Assembly: GCA_040905715.1 (NCBI GenBank)
Contig: JBBDRA010000003.1
Coordinates: 395,095 to 459,094, forward strand
Length of the DNA stretch: 64,000 nucleotides
Source: Minisyncoccota bacterium
GTDB taxonomy: Bacteria; Patescibacteriota; Minisyncoccia; Phycocordibacterales; CSBR16-193
Direction: 5' to 3'
The notes below the pieces were generated by a model. That model worked only from the letters and a program-made list of their open reading frames with translations, made no database searches and was not told the origin of the DNA. Below are positions 35,360 to 45,909 of the stretch, piece after piece. The position numbers and the translations under genes were made by a program. Position 1 is the first letter of the stretch. The number at the start of each line of letters is the position of its first letter.

Positions 35360-35713
35360 AGTGTTTGTATTGTATCAGAACCTTGCGGGTTCGATTCCAA
35401 AGGAATCGGTCACACTAATTTAAGGCTTAAAATGAGGCCCACGTATGAAAAAATATAACACACAACACTCGTGCCATCAACACTCTCCTAAGCATACCCC
35501 GTGCGATTCAGAACAGTCCAGACTCTACGTTATACTTTGTCCCAACTTGATCATACTTAATCACCCTAATCCCAAAGGTTACAGCAAGAGTGTTTGGAAA
35601 GTAATTAGGCGTATTCCTCCTTCAATCACCCCTCATCGATGACTTTTCTATGTAGTCTTCTCAGGTGGTTGGGCTTGGGTCTGGGCCTGAGAAGACTACA
35701 TGGAAAGGCATCT

Positions 35714-37015
35714 TTACTCACCCTTCCACTCACTTCCCTGCCTGACCAAGAGCTCATCGGCTCTCATCGGTTCTGCCATTACCTCTTCGACCACTTTTTC
35801 ACATCGTACCGCTTGAGAACCCTTCACAAGTACCACGTCACCCGCTTCCAGAACCTTCTCAAGCTCTTTTCCCGCCTTTTGAGCATCATCAAAGGAAAAC
35901 ACCTTGCTCTCGCTCATGCCTGCGCTTAGTGCTCCTTCAGCGATTGCGCGCGCATCGACACCTACGGTAAACAGAGTATCGCAAAAACTTGCTGCTTGTT
36001 CTCCAACATTCATATGCGCTGTCTTAGAATGCTCTCCCAGCTCGCGCATGTCACCAAGCACAGCTATTCGATGGTTTGGAACCCGTATCTCCTTGAGTAC
36101 ACTCAACGCTTCCTGAACCGCGACCGGCGAAGCATTATACGAATCGTCGATTATAAGTGAATTTTTTATCCCACGCAAAAGATTCATTCTCCCTTGTGGA
36201 GGAGCGTGTTTGGCCAGCGCCTGTGCGATTGTGATCAGATTCATTTGCTGACTGACACCGACCGCAACCGCAGCAAGCACCGGATAGATGTGCTGAAGAC
36301 CGAGCACTCCCTGAAGCATAACCGGCACTGAGCTGCCGTTTGTATTTGCTTTTACACTAACACCAGCGGGCATCTCTATCTTTTCCTGGCTCTGATACAC
36401 CACCGACTCATGAGACGCAAAAACATGCGCTTGGCTGTGAAAACCGTAATATAAAACACTGCCATTCGCATGACGAGCAAAGTCCCGAACATCACTATCG
36501 TCATAGTTAAGTATTGCTACACCCTCCTTTTTCACGGCCCGGATAAGCTGGCTTTTTTCCTCGATCAGCTGTTCTCGTGAACGAAAGAATTCAATATGAA
36601 CCGGCGTCTCACTGAGGCGTGTGACGATAGCTATATCTGGTTTGAGCCAGCGGGTAATTGAGCGAATATCTCCGGGCCGATCTGCTCCCACTTCAAGAAC
36701 AAGCCATTCAGGATATGAGCCCGGAAACACGATCATCGTTGCCCCTTTGAAGATGGTTACGATCCAATGCAGTGGATTGCTCCAGCCACTAGAGCGACCA
36801 ATGATCGTGAGTGGAACACCGATCTCGCTGTTATAACTTTTTTGACTTTTGCGGATGGTATATGTTGCCGAAAGAACTGTTGCAACAGCATCTTTGGTTG
36901 ATGTTTTACCTACACTTCCGGTAACCGCTACGATCCGCGGCTGAAAACGGCGAAGAATAGCACGGGCTTCCCAGGTTATGATCTTTATAATAATACGTTT
37001 GAGTATTTGTTTCAT
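35714..37015 (-). CDS. murF: UDP-MurNAc-tripeptide--D-Ala-D-Ala ligase
   Basis: Mur ligase ATP site VAVTGSVGKTSTKD; central and C-terminal Mur-ligase domains; position in the dcw block. Confidence 0.85.
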   Translation of the reverse strand: MKQILKRIIIKIITWEARAILRRFQPRIVAVTGSVGKTSTKDAVATVLSATYTIRKSQKSYNSEIGVPLTIIGRSSGWSNPLHWIVTIFKGATMIVFPGSYPEWLVLEVGADRPGDIRSITRWLKPDIAIVTRLSETPVHIEFFRSREQLIEEKSQLIRAVKKEGVAILNYDDSDVRDFARHANGSVLYYGFHSQAHVFASHESVVYQSQEKIEMPAGVSVKANTNGSSVPVMLQGVLGLQHIYPVLAAVAVGVSQQMNLITIAQALAKHAPPQGRMNLLRGIKNSLIIDDSYNASPVAVQEALSVLKEIRVPNHRIAVLGDMRELGEHSKTAHMNVGEQAASFCDTLFTVGVDARAIAEGALSAGMSESKVFSFDDAQKAGKELEKVLEAGDVVLVKGSQAVRCEKVVEEVMAEPMRADELLVRQGSEWKGE

Positions 37016-37051
37016 AGTGCAGAATAGTAAAGCGAAGTTGTAAGGATAGAG

Positions 37052-38761
37052 CTATCGGTCAGGCGGAACTTCGTAATAATTTATTAAATAAGTTATCAGA
37101 TCCATAAACGGGTCTGTCAGTGTTTGTGAAGCGTACTGGGTTCCTTGCGGTTCGATCGTGTACAGGAACACAAGAAACTTGGGGTCGTACGCGGGGGCAT
37201 ACCCGAAAAACGAGTGAAGGTATTTATTCTCATAGTAACCGCTACCGCCAACAATTGGGATCTGAGCTGTGCCGGTCTTTGCCGCTATTGAGTGGCGATC
37301 ACGTGCATGTTCGCCACCAGCTAATGCTTCATCGACAACATTCACCAGCATCCTGGTAATAGTCTCTGACGTAGTTGGATCGATCACTTGTTCACCGACA
37401 TCCGGCACCAGTGACGTTGACCCGCCAATATCATAAACGATCTTCCTGCCAACATGAGGTGTCACAAGGCGACCTCCATTTGCCAGAACAGCAAGGGCGC
37501 GTGTCGTACTGATCGGTGACATAGCGATTCCTTGCCCGTATGACGCAGTAGCAACTTCAATATCTCGAGCTGTTTCCAGGTTACTGATCAATCCGCTTGT
37601 CTCGCTTGGTAGATCAATTTTGGTTTTCTCGCCAAGTCCGAAGGCCCGCATTTTATTAGCAAACCTCTCAACATCTACTTGCTGAGCAACAAATGCTGAT
37701 CCGGTATTAAGTGATTCATTGAGAACATCCTGCATTGACACAATACCTCGGCCAACACCGTCGTAGTTCTTTATTGTATATCCGCTTAATTCAAGAAATC
37801 CTTTGTCATTGTATGTAGTGTCAGGTGTGATTGCGCCGGCATCGAGCCCGATCGCCATAGTTATCGGTTTTATGATCGACCCCATTTCATGAACATTCTC
37901 GATAAGTGGATTCTTGAACATCGACTGATCTGTACCACTGCGATCGTTGGGATCATACGTTGGATCTACTGCCATCGCCAGTATCTGACCGGTTGCAGGA
38001 TCCATAATAATGCCACCCGTCAAACGAGAATTCCAGGTATTCGATATCTTTTCTAGCTGACTTTCGAGAAGAGCCTGGACGTTCGGCTCAATACCGGTAA
38101 CAATGCTACCTTGCTTTGCTGATCCTTGAAATATCGTGTCCTTCATATTTGAGAACACCTCGGCAAAGAAATTTACATGAAGCTGACTATTGCCGCGCCT
38201 TAAGACTTCTTCATAAAACCTCTCAAGTCCGTATTGACCGACGTTTTTACCGTCCTGATACCCTACGATCCCAAGCGTGTGAGCTGCCATTGAATCGCCC
38301 GGATAATGCCGCCATTTCTCCTTATAAAGCTGCACACCTTCAAGTGGCAGTTCATCGAGAGCATCAGCTGTTACTCTATCGAGACGTTTTGCTATCTCCT
38401 CGTAGGGATCATCTTCTTTGGCCGCCTTTTCTAAAAAAGATTCCTTTTCTATATCAATAATTGAACTCAGGAGTCTATAGGTCTCCTCAGGTCTACTGAC
38501 TTGCTGAGGATTTATCGCGACAGTAAAACCGGAATCGAGAGTTGCCGCCGGGAGTGGCTCGCCGTCATGCGGTTGAAAGTATATAGTACCTCTATTATAC
38601 AAGTTGTGATTGGGGCGAACATACTGATGATCTGCCTCTTCACTGTACTGAGCTCCATTAACGATCTGAACGAGATACAATTTCCCGACCAGCCCGATAC
38701 CAACAAGTATTACTAAAAATAGAAGTGCTCGAATTCGACCTGTTGATCCAATAACCGCCAT
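37052..38761 (-). CDS. ftsI: Penicillin-binding protein (class B transpeptidase, FtsI-type)
   Basis: N-terminal TM anchor, dimerisation domain, GSIIKP (SxxK), SLN and KTGTA motifs. Confidence 0.8.
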   Translation of the reverse strand: MAVIGSTGRIRALLFLVILVGIGLVGKLYLVQIVNGAQYSEEADHQYVRPNHNLYNRGTIYFQPHDGEPLPAATLDSGFTVAINPQQVSRPEETYRLLSSIIDIEKESFLEKAAKEDDPYEEIAKRLDRVTADALDELPLEGVQLYKEKWRHYPGDSMAAHTLGIVGYQDGKNVGQYGLERFYEEVLRRGNSQLHVNFFAEVFSNMKDTIFQGSAKQGSIVTGIEPNVQALLESQLEKISNTWNSRLTGGIIMDPATGQILAMAVDPTYDPNDRSGTDQSMFKNPLIENVHEMGSIIKPITMAIGLDAGAITPDTTYNDKGFLELSGYTIKNYDGVGRGIVSMQDVLNESLNTGSAFVAQQVDVERFANKMRAFGLGEKTKIDLPSETSGLISNLETARDIEVATASYGQGIAMSPISTTRALAVLANGGRLVTPHVGRKIVYDIGGSTSLVPDVGEQVIDPTTSETITRMLVNVVDEALAGGEHARDRHSIAAKTGTAQIPIVGGSGYYENKYLHSFFGYAPAYDPKFLVFLYTIEPQGTQYASQTLTDPFMDLITYLINYYEVPPDR

Positions 38762-38789
38762 GTGATATCCAGACTACACTATGATCGGA

Positions 38790-39116
38790 CTAGATACTAC
38801 CTTGAGTACCGCCGGCCTGACCAAGTGCAGGTCTTGTTATATATGTCACCCGGTCTTCCTCGACAAATCCAAGCTCCTTTGCCTTTTCCAGATCAATATC
38901 ATTCTTCTGGTGAATATATTCAAACTCAAGGCTGCCTATCTCAGAACTCAATAGCGCTAGCTCCTGCTGAAGATCCTGCCGCTCAACAACATTATATACC
39001 GTTTGGTTGATGGCGTAGAAATAAAACCCTACTGAAAGTAGGAACATAGATCCAAGCACCCACACGGCAAAACCGTCGGAATAATATTGTGATACTGTTT
39101 TTTTAAATTGAGTCAT
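38790..39116 (-). CDS. ftsL: Cell-division protein FtsL-like
   Basis: 108 aa, single TM plus a short coiled coil; lies between rsmH and ftsI, as ftsL does. Confidence 0.5.
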   Translation of the reverse strand: MTQFKKTVSQYYSDGFAVWVLGSMFLLSVGFYFYAINQTVYNVVERQDLQQELALLSSEIGSLEFEYIHQKNDIDLEKAKELGFVEEDRVTYITRPALGQAGGTQGSI

Positions 39117-39200
39117 AGTAGTTTATATTTTCTTTACTCATGCTTCTTTGTCATAAAAGTATCTTCCAGTACAAAAATAATTTTGTATTCGAAGATAATT

Positions 39201-40133
39201 TCATAATGCAGGATTCTTTTGGAATATTCGTAATTTTGCACTTCTTGATCGCGGATTTGCTTCTCGTTCCTCATCGTCTGGTCCAACCGGCTTCTTGGTC
39301 ACGATTGTGCCAAGCTTTTCTTTTGACCATTCACGAAACTGACGCTTAACTATTCGGTCTTCCAGACTATGAAAGCTGATCACTGCAACACGCCCGTCAG
39401 GAGAAAGAACCTCGAGGCTCTTTCGTAGACCCTCTTCGAGCACCGTGATCTCATCGTTTACCGCCATTCGTATTGCCTGGAAGGTCAAGGTGGCCGAATG
39501 AAGTCTGCCGTGTCGATACCATACCGGAACAGCCTCCTCAATGATCTGTGCGAGCTCCTTGGTACTTTCGATCCGCTTTCGCTCTCGTGCCTCTGTTATG
39601 CATCGTGCGATGCGACCGGCGAATCGCTCCTCACCATATCCTCGGATGATCGTTCGAAGTGCCTTCTCATCCCAGGAATTAACGACGGTCTCTGCTGTCA
39701 CGCCACTGTCGCCCATCTCGCTTGCATACATCATCTTCAGAGGCTCGTCGCGCCGAAAACTGAAACCTCTGCCTGACTGTTCGATCTGCGGAGTGCTCCA
39801 GCCAAGATCAAATAGGATCTTGTCAACAGAATCATGTCCTACCGTTTTTAGAGACTGATCCAGATCGCGGAAATTATTGACAACGAACGTTACACGGCAT
39901 TTGTTGTCAGCGATTACTCCGGAAAGCCTCTCCTTAGCCCGAGCGATCTGTTGACCATCAGCATCGGTCCCAATAAGCTCAACTGAGTCACCGTAGCGAT
40001 CACAGAAGGCTGATAAATGTCCGCCGTCACCGGCAGTAACATCAAGGATGATATCGCCTTCTTTCACCGCTAGCCCGCCGAGCACTTCCTGAACTAATAC
40101 TGACTCATGCCATTCCATATACGTATACTTCAT
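39201..40133 (-). CDS. rsmH: 16S rRNA (cytosine1402-N4)-methyltransferase RsmH/MraW
   Basis: HESVLVQEVL...DVTAGDGGHLSAF SAM motif; FHSLEDRIVK; C-terminal NPRSRSAKLR. Confidence 0.9.
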   Translation of the reverse strand: MKYTYMEWHESVLVQEVLGGLAVKEGDIILDVTAGDGGHLSAFCDRYGDSVELIGTDADGQQIARAKERLSGVIADNKCRVTFVVNNFRDLDQSLKTVGHDSVDKILFDLGWSTPQIEQSGRGFSFRRDEPLKMMYASEMGDSGVTAETVVNSWDEKALRTIIRGYGEERFAGRIARCITEARERKRIESTKELAQIIEEAVPVWYRHGRLHSATLTFQAIRMAVNDEITVLEEGLRKSLEVLSPDGRVAVISFHSLEDRIVKRQFREWSKEKLGTIVTKKPVGPDDEEREANPRSRSAKLRIFQKNPAL

Positions 40134-40144
40134 TTCTATCGTTC

Positions 40145-40579
40145 TCAGAATTCCTTCGTTTCGCCGAGCTGTTCGGCGAGAACATCCGCCTGCCCTTCTA
40201 TCTTGCGTTTGTACTTACTCCACGCCTGGTCATTCCAGATCTCGATCCGATCATAGACTCCGGCAAAAACAACCTTACTCTTGAGACCGGCAAATGTTTT
40301 AAGAAAATCCGGGATCAGAATACGGCCGTTCTTGTCGATGTCTACTTCTTGAGCTCCGGCGAACAAGAATCGGTTGAGGCCTCGTTTATCTGCTTTTGAA
40401 AGACCAAGCTCACCAACATGCTTACTCAGTTTTTCCCATTCACTCATCGAATACAGAAAGAGGCAGGTATCTAAACCGCGGGTGATGATCACTTTTTTAC
40501 CAAGCTCTTTACGAAATTTGCTCGGTAGCGCGATTCGAGATTTATCGTCTACTGAATGGGTATATTCGCCGATCAGCAT
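40145..40579 (-). CDS. mraZ: Transcriptional regulator MraZ
   Basis: Duplicated SpoVT/AbrB-like halves with DDKSRIALPSKFR and DKNGRILIPDFL (DxxxR motifs). Confidence 0.85.
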   Translation of the reverse strand: MLIGEYTHSVDDKSRIALPSKFRKELGKKVIITRGLDTCLFLYSMSEWEKLSKHVGELGLSKADKRGLNRFLFAGAQEVDIDKNGRILIPDFLKTFAGLKSKVVFAGVYDRIEIWNDQAWSKYKRKIEGQADVLAEQLGETKEF

Positions 40580-40758
40580 ATGGTTGTGAGAGTGAGGTTA
40601 GGTAACCTGTCGGGTTCCGCTCGGTAATACCGGGCGGAAACTGACAGGTTTTTCTATACCACTTTCTCCCACTCATCTACCATTATATCCCACCACCTCC
40701 CACTTGCAAGCCCCTGTATGTGGACAACCAGTGACTATTCAGGCAAGTAAATGCACAC

Positions 40759-40793
40759 AAAAAGAACGGCTCACATTGCTTGTGAGCCGTTCT
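40759..40793 (-). terminator. Intrinsic terminator after lysS
   Basis: Plus strand shows AAAAAGAACGGCTCACATTGCTTGTGAGCCGTTC: 12-bp stem preceded by an A-run, which becomes the U-run on the minus transcript. Confidence 0.6.
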
Positions 40794-40810
40794 AGTCCAT
40801 CTTTTATGAA

Positions 40811-42289
40811 TCACTGACCCTCTTTGGGTTTCAGTAGCGGGAACAATATAACGTCGCGTATATTGTGGGAATCTGTCAGAAGCATCGTCATGCGATCTAT
40901 CGAAATAGCTGAGCCGGCTGCCGGCGGTAGACCGTACTCAATAGCTTCAATGTATTCCTGATCGAACGGCTGAGCCTCCTCGTCTCCGGCTTCTTTTACC
41001 TTCTGTTGCGCTTCAAACCGCCTCTTTTGCTCGACCGGATCATTTAATTCTGAGAATCCATTAACTATCTCCAGACCGCCAACTACTAACTGGTACCGGT
41101 CAACCATTGTCGGGTCATCGTCCTTTTGTTTAGCCAGCGGAGAAAAATCAGTTGGGTATTCGACAATATACGTAGGCTGAATGAGCTTTGGCTTGCATGT
41201 TTTTTTATAAATATTATCAACTATCTTTACGGTTGTATCAGAATCGGCTACCGGCACACAGAGCTCTTGAGCTTTTGCTTTTGCTTGCTCGAGCGAGAGG
41301 CTTCCTACATCCTCAATGCCGGCGTGCGTTTTGAGCAAATCGGTATAGGTAATAACATCAAACGGCGCAGCATACGAGATCATATCATCGCCAAACAGAA
41401 CATCGGTGCCGCCGGTGACTCGTTCTACGGTACCTTGAATGACTTGCTCAATAAAACCGCGGTGTCGCTCGGCCGTGCTGTAGGCAACATAAAATTCTAC
41501 CGTCGTAAACTCCGGATTATGAGTTACATCTATTCCCTCATTTCGAAATAGACGTCCAAGCTCGTACACCTTCTGGTAACCGGCCACAAGCAATTCTTTG
41601 AGGTACAGCTCGGGGGCCACACGCAAGTACAGATCTAGATCGAGCGCGTTGTGGTGCGTTTGAAACGGCTGAGCAGTCGCGCCACCGGCAAGACGCTGAA
41701 GGACCGGTGTTTCAACCTCCAAGTATCCGTCGTCATCCAAAAATGAGCGTATCGCCTGAACGATCTTTGAGCGAGCTACGAACCGATCACGCGTTTCGTC
41801 AGACATTAAAATATCAAGGTATCGCTGTCGGTACTTTGTTTCCTGATCCTGTAGACCGTGCCATTTCTCGGGCAAAGGACGCAGTGACTTGGTCAGCATT
41901 GACCAGTCGCTGACCTCGAGCGTTTCTTCACCACGCTTTGTGACCAAGAGTGTCCCGGTCCACTGAATAACATCCCCTACATCAACTGTTTCCTCCCAAA
42001 GATCGAAGAGTTCTTCGCTCACTCCTTCACCGCGCTTAAGCAGACCCTGGAAGCGAGCTGTTCCGTCGCTTATATTGCAAAACGTTATCTTCCCTTGCGG
42101 GCGCAGCGACAGAACTCTACCGACAAGCGTAACCTTCTCTCCAACCTCAGAAAGCTCAGTAAAACGCCCTCGCAGATCTGCGAGTGTATAGTCCGCACGT
42201 GATTCTACCGGATACGGATTCACACCCCGTTCACGTAGTTTTTCAAGTTTTTGGAGTCGTTCCTGTCGGATCTCCTCGATTGATGCCAT
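40811..42289 (-). CDS. lysS: Lysyl-tRNA synthetase (class II)
   Basis: OB-fold N-domain; motif 2 [20 protein letters not shown]; motif 3 [15 protein letters not shown] / ...[15 protein letters not shown]. Confidence 0.9.
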   Translation of the reverse strand: MASIEEIRQERLQKLEKLRERGVNPYPVESRADYTLADLRGRFTELSEVGEKVTLVGRVLSLRPQGKITFCNISDGTARFQGLLKRGEGVSEELFDLWEETVDVGDVIQWTGTLLVTKRGEETLEVSDWSMLTKSLRPLPEKWHGLQDQETKYRQRYLDILMSDETRDRFVARSKIVQAIRSFLDDDGYLEVETPVLQRLAGGATAQPFQTHHNALDLDLYLRVAPELYLKELLVAGYQKVYELGRLFRNEGIDVTHNPEFTTVEFYVAYSTAERHRGFIEQVIQGTVERVTGGTDVLFGDDMISYAAPFDVITYTDLLKTHAGIEDVGSLSLEQAKAKAQELCVPVADSDTTVKIVDNIYKKTCKPKLIQPTYIVEYPTDFSPLAKQKDDDPTMVDRYQLVVGGLEIVNGFSELNDPVEQKRRFEAQQKVKEAGDEEAQPFDQEYIEAIEYGLPPAAGSAISIDRMTMLLTDSHNIRDVILFPLLKPKEGQ

Positions 42290-42310
42290 AACAAATTACT
42301 GATACTTCAC

Positions 42311-42778
42311 CTACGAAATATCTTTTATAACATAACTCTTAGCCCCACCCGGTGTTTGGGCAACCACCTCGTCGCCTTTCTTTTTACCAAAGATCACCTC
42401 ACCGATCGGTGATTTAATTGATATCTTACCCTGTGTTGTGTCTGCTTCTTCAGTTCCTACGATCGTAAATTCTTGAGTTTTTCCTTTTTCCTTCTGGACC
42501 AAAACAACATGCGACCCTACGGTTACCGAATCTACTCCGTGAGTAGAGACGATCTCAGCGTTCTTCAAAAGATGTTCGAGGTGCGCAATACGATCCTCAA
42601 CTTTAGCTTGCATGTCACGTGCCTCCTGGTACTCTGCGTTCTCAGAAAGGTCGCCAAGTGACTTGGCGTATTCGAGCTGATCAGCAACTTCCTTGCGACG
42701 ACGTGTCCGTAGATATTCAAGTTCGTCTTGCACTTCCTGATGCTTTTCCGGAGTTAAATATTCTTTCTCATCAGCCAT
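42311..42778 (-). CDS. greA: Transcription elongation factor GreA
   Basis: LTPEKHQEVQDELEYLRT...LSENAEYQEARDMQ coiled coil with conserved acidic tip; FKBP-like C-domain. Confidence 0.85.
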   Translation of the reverse strand: MADEKEYLTPEKHQEVQDELEYLRTRRRKEVADQLEYAKSLGDLSENAEYQEARDMQAKVEDRIAHLEHLLKNAEIVSTHGVDSVTVGSHVVLVQKEKGKTQEFTIVGTEEADTTQGKISIKSPIGEVIFGKKKGDEVVAQTPGGAKSYVIKDIS

Positions 42779-43049
42779 GAAATGAAAGTTAGTTCGTAAT
42801 TTTACTATATTCTCTCCTCGCCAGGTTTTAAAAAAGCCCGCGTTCTGCGAGTAGTCAGTAAGTACTTATCTTGTTGAAGACCACTAACTACCCTATTACT
42901 GTCATATCTGTGACGGTAATAAACGCGGCGCCCTTAAAACCAAGGCTTGAATGTAGTCTCATTCTTTTCATCCCGTCTATTATAACGAGGAGTTTATTGT
43001 ATTGTCAATGTTTTTATGTGTGCGCACAGAAAACCAAAAATATTTAGCT

Positions 43050-44780
43050 TTATAGAGCCGTATATATTGATTTCTCCTGATGCATCCAGTCAATAAGATT
43101 TCTCATGACCCAGACTCCTCCGTATAAGTTTTCTCGAGGACCCCGTTCCATCACTACAACAAATGCATATTTCGGCTCGTCATACGGATAAAAACCAATG
43201 ATCCAAGAGTTCACGCTAGCCTTTCCGATCTCGGCAGTACCGGTTTTTGCGGCAACATCAAGGAATGAAGTGTTCAATCCCGCAGCAGTGCCGCTCGTTA
43301 CTGCGCGGCGCATTCCCTCTCGTACCACTTGGAAATCTTCTTCGGCAATAGGAATATCTTTCTCACCGGTCACCTGAGATCGATCACTCTGCCGCAACAT
43401 CGGCTGCACCCGATAACCACCGTTGGCAATAGCAGCGGTTGCCTGAAGCGCCTGAATAGGCGTGACCAGTGTTCCATACTGACCGATAGAGGTGTTATAC
43501 GTATCACCTACTCGCCACACCTGATCTTCAAAGTTATCTTGTTTCCACTGCGGTGAAGGTATTACACCCTTTATCTCACCTGCCAGATCAATGCCCGTCT
43601 TCTCACCAAATCCAAACATATTCATGTACTTCTTGATCTTGGTGATACCCAAGCCGGGCTGACTCTCAAAGCCGCCGCCGATCTGATAAAAATACACGTT
43701 TGAAGAGACAGCAAGGGCTTCGCGCATGTCCACCGCGCCATGAGCTTTCCAGTCAGCAAAAGATGTCGACTCATCCGGATCGTAGGGATTCGGCACAACA
43801 AGAGATCCGGTACTCATGATGGTTTTGGATGGTGAGATAATGTCCTCATGAAGCGCCCCAAGCGCAAGAAATGGCTTCACGATCGATCCGGCAACAAATG
43901 AACCTCCGATAACCCGGTTAAGAAACGGATTTCCTTCTATCTCTTGGATTTTTTGGATGGCCTCACTGTCCCCTTCGGTCATGATGCCCGAATCGTATTC
44001 AGGATAACTGGTTAGAGCGAGCACTTCCCCGGTTTCTACATCCATGATAGCACCGGCTCCGCCCTGAAAACCGGAATCGATCGATCGGTCACGTATAAGT
44101 TCGAAAAGTTTATGTTGAACATCACTATCGATCGCGAGATGAAGATTTTTACCGTTTTGAGGATGACGTACAGTGCTCCCCGAGCGAATAGTATTTTGTG
44201 CATCGATCTCAACGATCTGGATGCCATGCTGACCACTCAAATAATTATTAAAAGATTCTTCAACACCGCTTTTTCCATCGTAACTTACTCGATAATAGAC
44301 ACCCGACGAATCACGCGATGGATATTTAAGATACCCAAGTAAATGTGACAGACCAGTCTTCGACGTGTATTTACGATGTGCAAAATCATCTGTTGAAGTG
44401 GCAGTGTAATTCCAAGCCAGGCGTGTACGATCTCGATCGAATACCGCTCCGCGTTCAGAAAATATAAGAGCATGCCGCAACCGATTCTCCTGACTACGCT
44501 GCGCAAAATCCTCCCCTCTCACAATCTGAAGACTTGCGATCCTACCTGTATAGATAAGTGACACGAGAAGAAACACCATCCCCGTCATGACCACTACCCG
44601 AAACGAAATTCGGCGGTCAAATCTTCCTTCCATGTGGTGTCGATCAAATTGAGGAAGGTTGTGAGAATCCAGCAACACATCTTCGGGGTATATTTCAAGA
44701 CCCCGTCCTCGGCCGAAAAATCGCCTGATTGCTTTAAGTATAGTTCGCATAAATAGAGTCTTTGACCTCCCCAACCGCAC
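43050..44780 (-). CDS. mrdA: Penicillin-binding protein 2 (elongasome transpeptidase)
   Basis: TM anchor; GSIVKP (SxxK), SSN, KTGTAE; located downstream of mreBCD. Confidence 0.8.
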   Translation of the reverse strand: MRLGRSKTLFMRTILKAIRRFFGRGRGLEIYPEDVLLDSHNLPQFDRHHMEGRFDRRISFRVVVMTGMVFLLVSLIYTGRIASLQIVRGEDFAQRSQENRLRHALIFSERGAVFDRDRTRLAWNYTATSTDDFAHRKYTSKTGLSHLLGYLKYPSRDSSGVYYRVSYDGKSGVEESFNNYLSGQHGIQIVEIDAQNTIRSGSTVRHPQNGKNLHLAIDSDVQHKLFELIRDRSIDSGFQGGAGAIMDVETGEVLALTSYPEYDSGIMTEGDSEAIQKIQEIEGNPFLNRVIGGSFVAGSIVKPFLALGALHEDIISPSKTIMSTGSLVVPNPYDPDESTSFADWKAHGAVDMREALAVSSNVYFYQIGGGFESQPGLGITKIKKYMNMFGFGEKTGIDLAGEIKGVIPSPQWKQDNFEDQVWRVGDTYNTSIGQYGTLVTPIQALQATAAIANGGYRVQPMLRQSDRSQVTGEKDIPIAEEDFQVVREGMRRAVTSGTAAGLNTSFLDVAAKTGTAEIGKASVNSWIIGFYPYDEPKYAFVVVMERGPRENLYGGVWVMRNLIDWMHQEKSIYTAL

Positions 44781-44788
44781 CAGAGAAC

Positions 44789-45058
44789 CTAGCTTGACTG
44801 ACGCACCTCATAAAAACGCAGCCGCGACTTTAAGGTCTGCACAACGAGAAACAGTACAAGCATGAAGACTGCCTGCCACGGCACACCAACACCGACCGTA
44901 GATGCCCCGAAGAGAATATCACCCAGAAGCGCCACCGCGATCGCCTCAGCATAATAATTAAAAACGAACAGCCCTAAGGCTGTCATAGGCAACACTACCC
45001 ACCATGGTGCGAGCAAGACACCAAGTATAAGTACGAGACTGCTAAGAAGCCTGATCAT
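44789..45058 (-). CDS. mreD: Rod-shape protein MreD-like small membrane protein
   Basis: 89 aa, three hydrophobic helices; sits between mreC and mrdA. Confidence 0.4.
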   Translation of the reverse strand: MIRLLSSLVLILGVLLAPWWVVLPMTALGLFVFNYYAEAIAVALLGDILFGASTVGVGVPWQAVFMLVLFLVVQTLKSRLRFYEVRQSS

Positions 45059-45093
45059 AGGTGATGTATCTGATCTTTTACAATTATATTCAT

Positions 45094-45909
45094 CTAAAAC
45101 AACTGCTCATTATGGTCTACGATCCGCACCCAGCGAAGCTGGGTAACATTAAGGGGTGATCGAGCTCGAATATGCTGGAATGAGTCCGTTGGATCGACCC
45201 TCACCTCAACTACGCGGGCAAATTCAAGTGCGCGCGAGTCAGGAAGCGTTATTATATCATCCTCATAAACATCAATATCTTTTGGGATCTCAGCACGAAA
45301 AGACCCACCTCCCTCGCCTAGTAAGGTTACCGTTATATCTTCGCCCACAATGATACCGGGAGTTTCAACGCCGGTGGTTGAATACAATTCAGCAACTGCT
45401 GTATTTGCATACACCTCGTGAATACGCCCTAGTCCCACATCACCATAGATCACTCTATCCTCAACATCTATCCCTTGCTGACTACCCACATCAAGAACCA
45501 CCAGATCATGAGGTGATTGTGGCGGCGTCGTCAGAACAGAGGCAAGAATTCCACTGCTCGTCGTCGCCCGAGACCACATATCACGAAACAATGTATTCTC
45601 CTCTTCAAGGATCAGTCGCTGACCTAGCTCTACTTCAGCAAGCTTTATCTTCTCACGAAGCTCCTCGTTCGTGTGCTGTAGAGAACTTTTTGTTGTGAAG
45701 TAGCCAGTAAAAGACGATGAGCCATCCGAAAATAAGCCGCCTATACTCCATATAGGCGAAGCTACTGCATGAAACACTCCGGTGATACCACCCGGTGCGA
45801 ACATATACAAACCACCAACGAGAACGGTAACTATAATTACAATAGTTCCCGACAAACGACGGCGACGTCTCTGTTGTATTTTACGCTGTTGGAGGTAGTT
45901 CATCTTCAT
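45094..45909 (-). CDS. mreC: Rod-shape protein MreC
   Basis: TM anchor, coiled coil (LQHTNEELREKIKLAEVELGQ), beta-rich C-domain. Start trimmed to an internal Met to limit overlap with mreB. Confidence 0.7.
   Translation of the reverse strand: MKMNYLQQRKIQQRRRRRLSGTIVIIVTVLVGGLYMFAPGGITGVFHAVASPIWSIGGLFSDGSSSFTGYFTTKSSLQHTNEELREKIKLAEVELGQRLILEEENTLFRDMWSRATTSSGILASVLTTPPQSPHDLVVLDVGSQQGIDVEDRVIYGDVGLGRIHEVYANTAVAELYSTTGVETPGIIVGEDITVTLLGEGGGSFRAEIPKDIDVYEDDIITLPDSRALEFARVVEVRVDPTDSFQHIRARSPLNVTQLRWVRIVDHNEQLF

Noticed and set aside
35651-35700. Intrinsic terminator for murF
   Set aside because: A 15-bp perfect stem (TGTAGTCTTCTCAGG / CCTGAGAAGACTACA) is present, but no U-tract follows in either orientation. 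It is recorded only as a hairpin.
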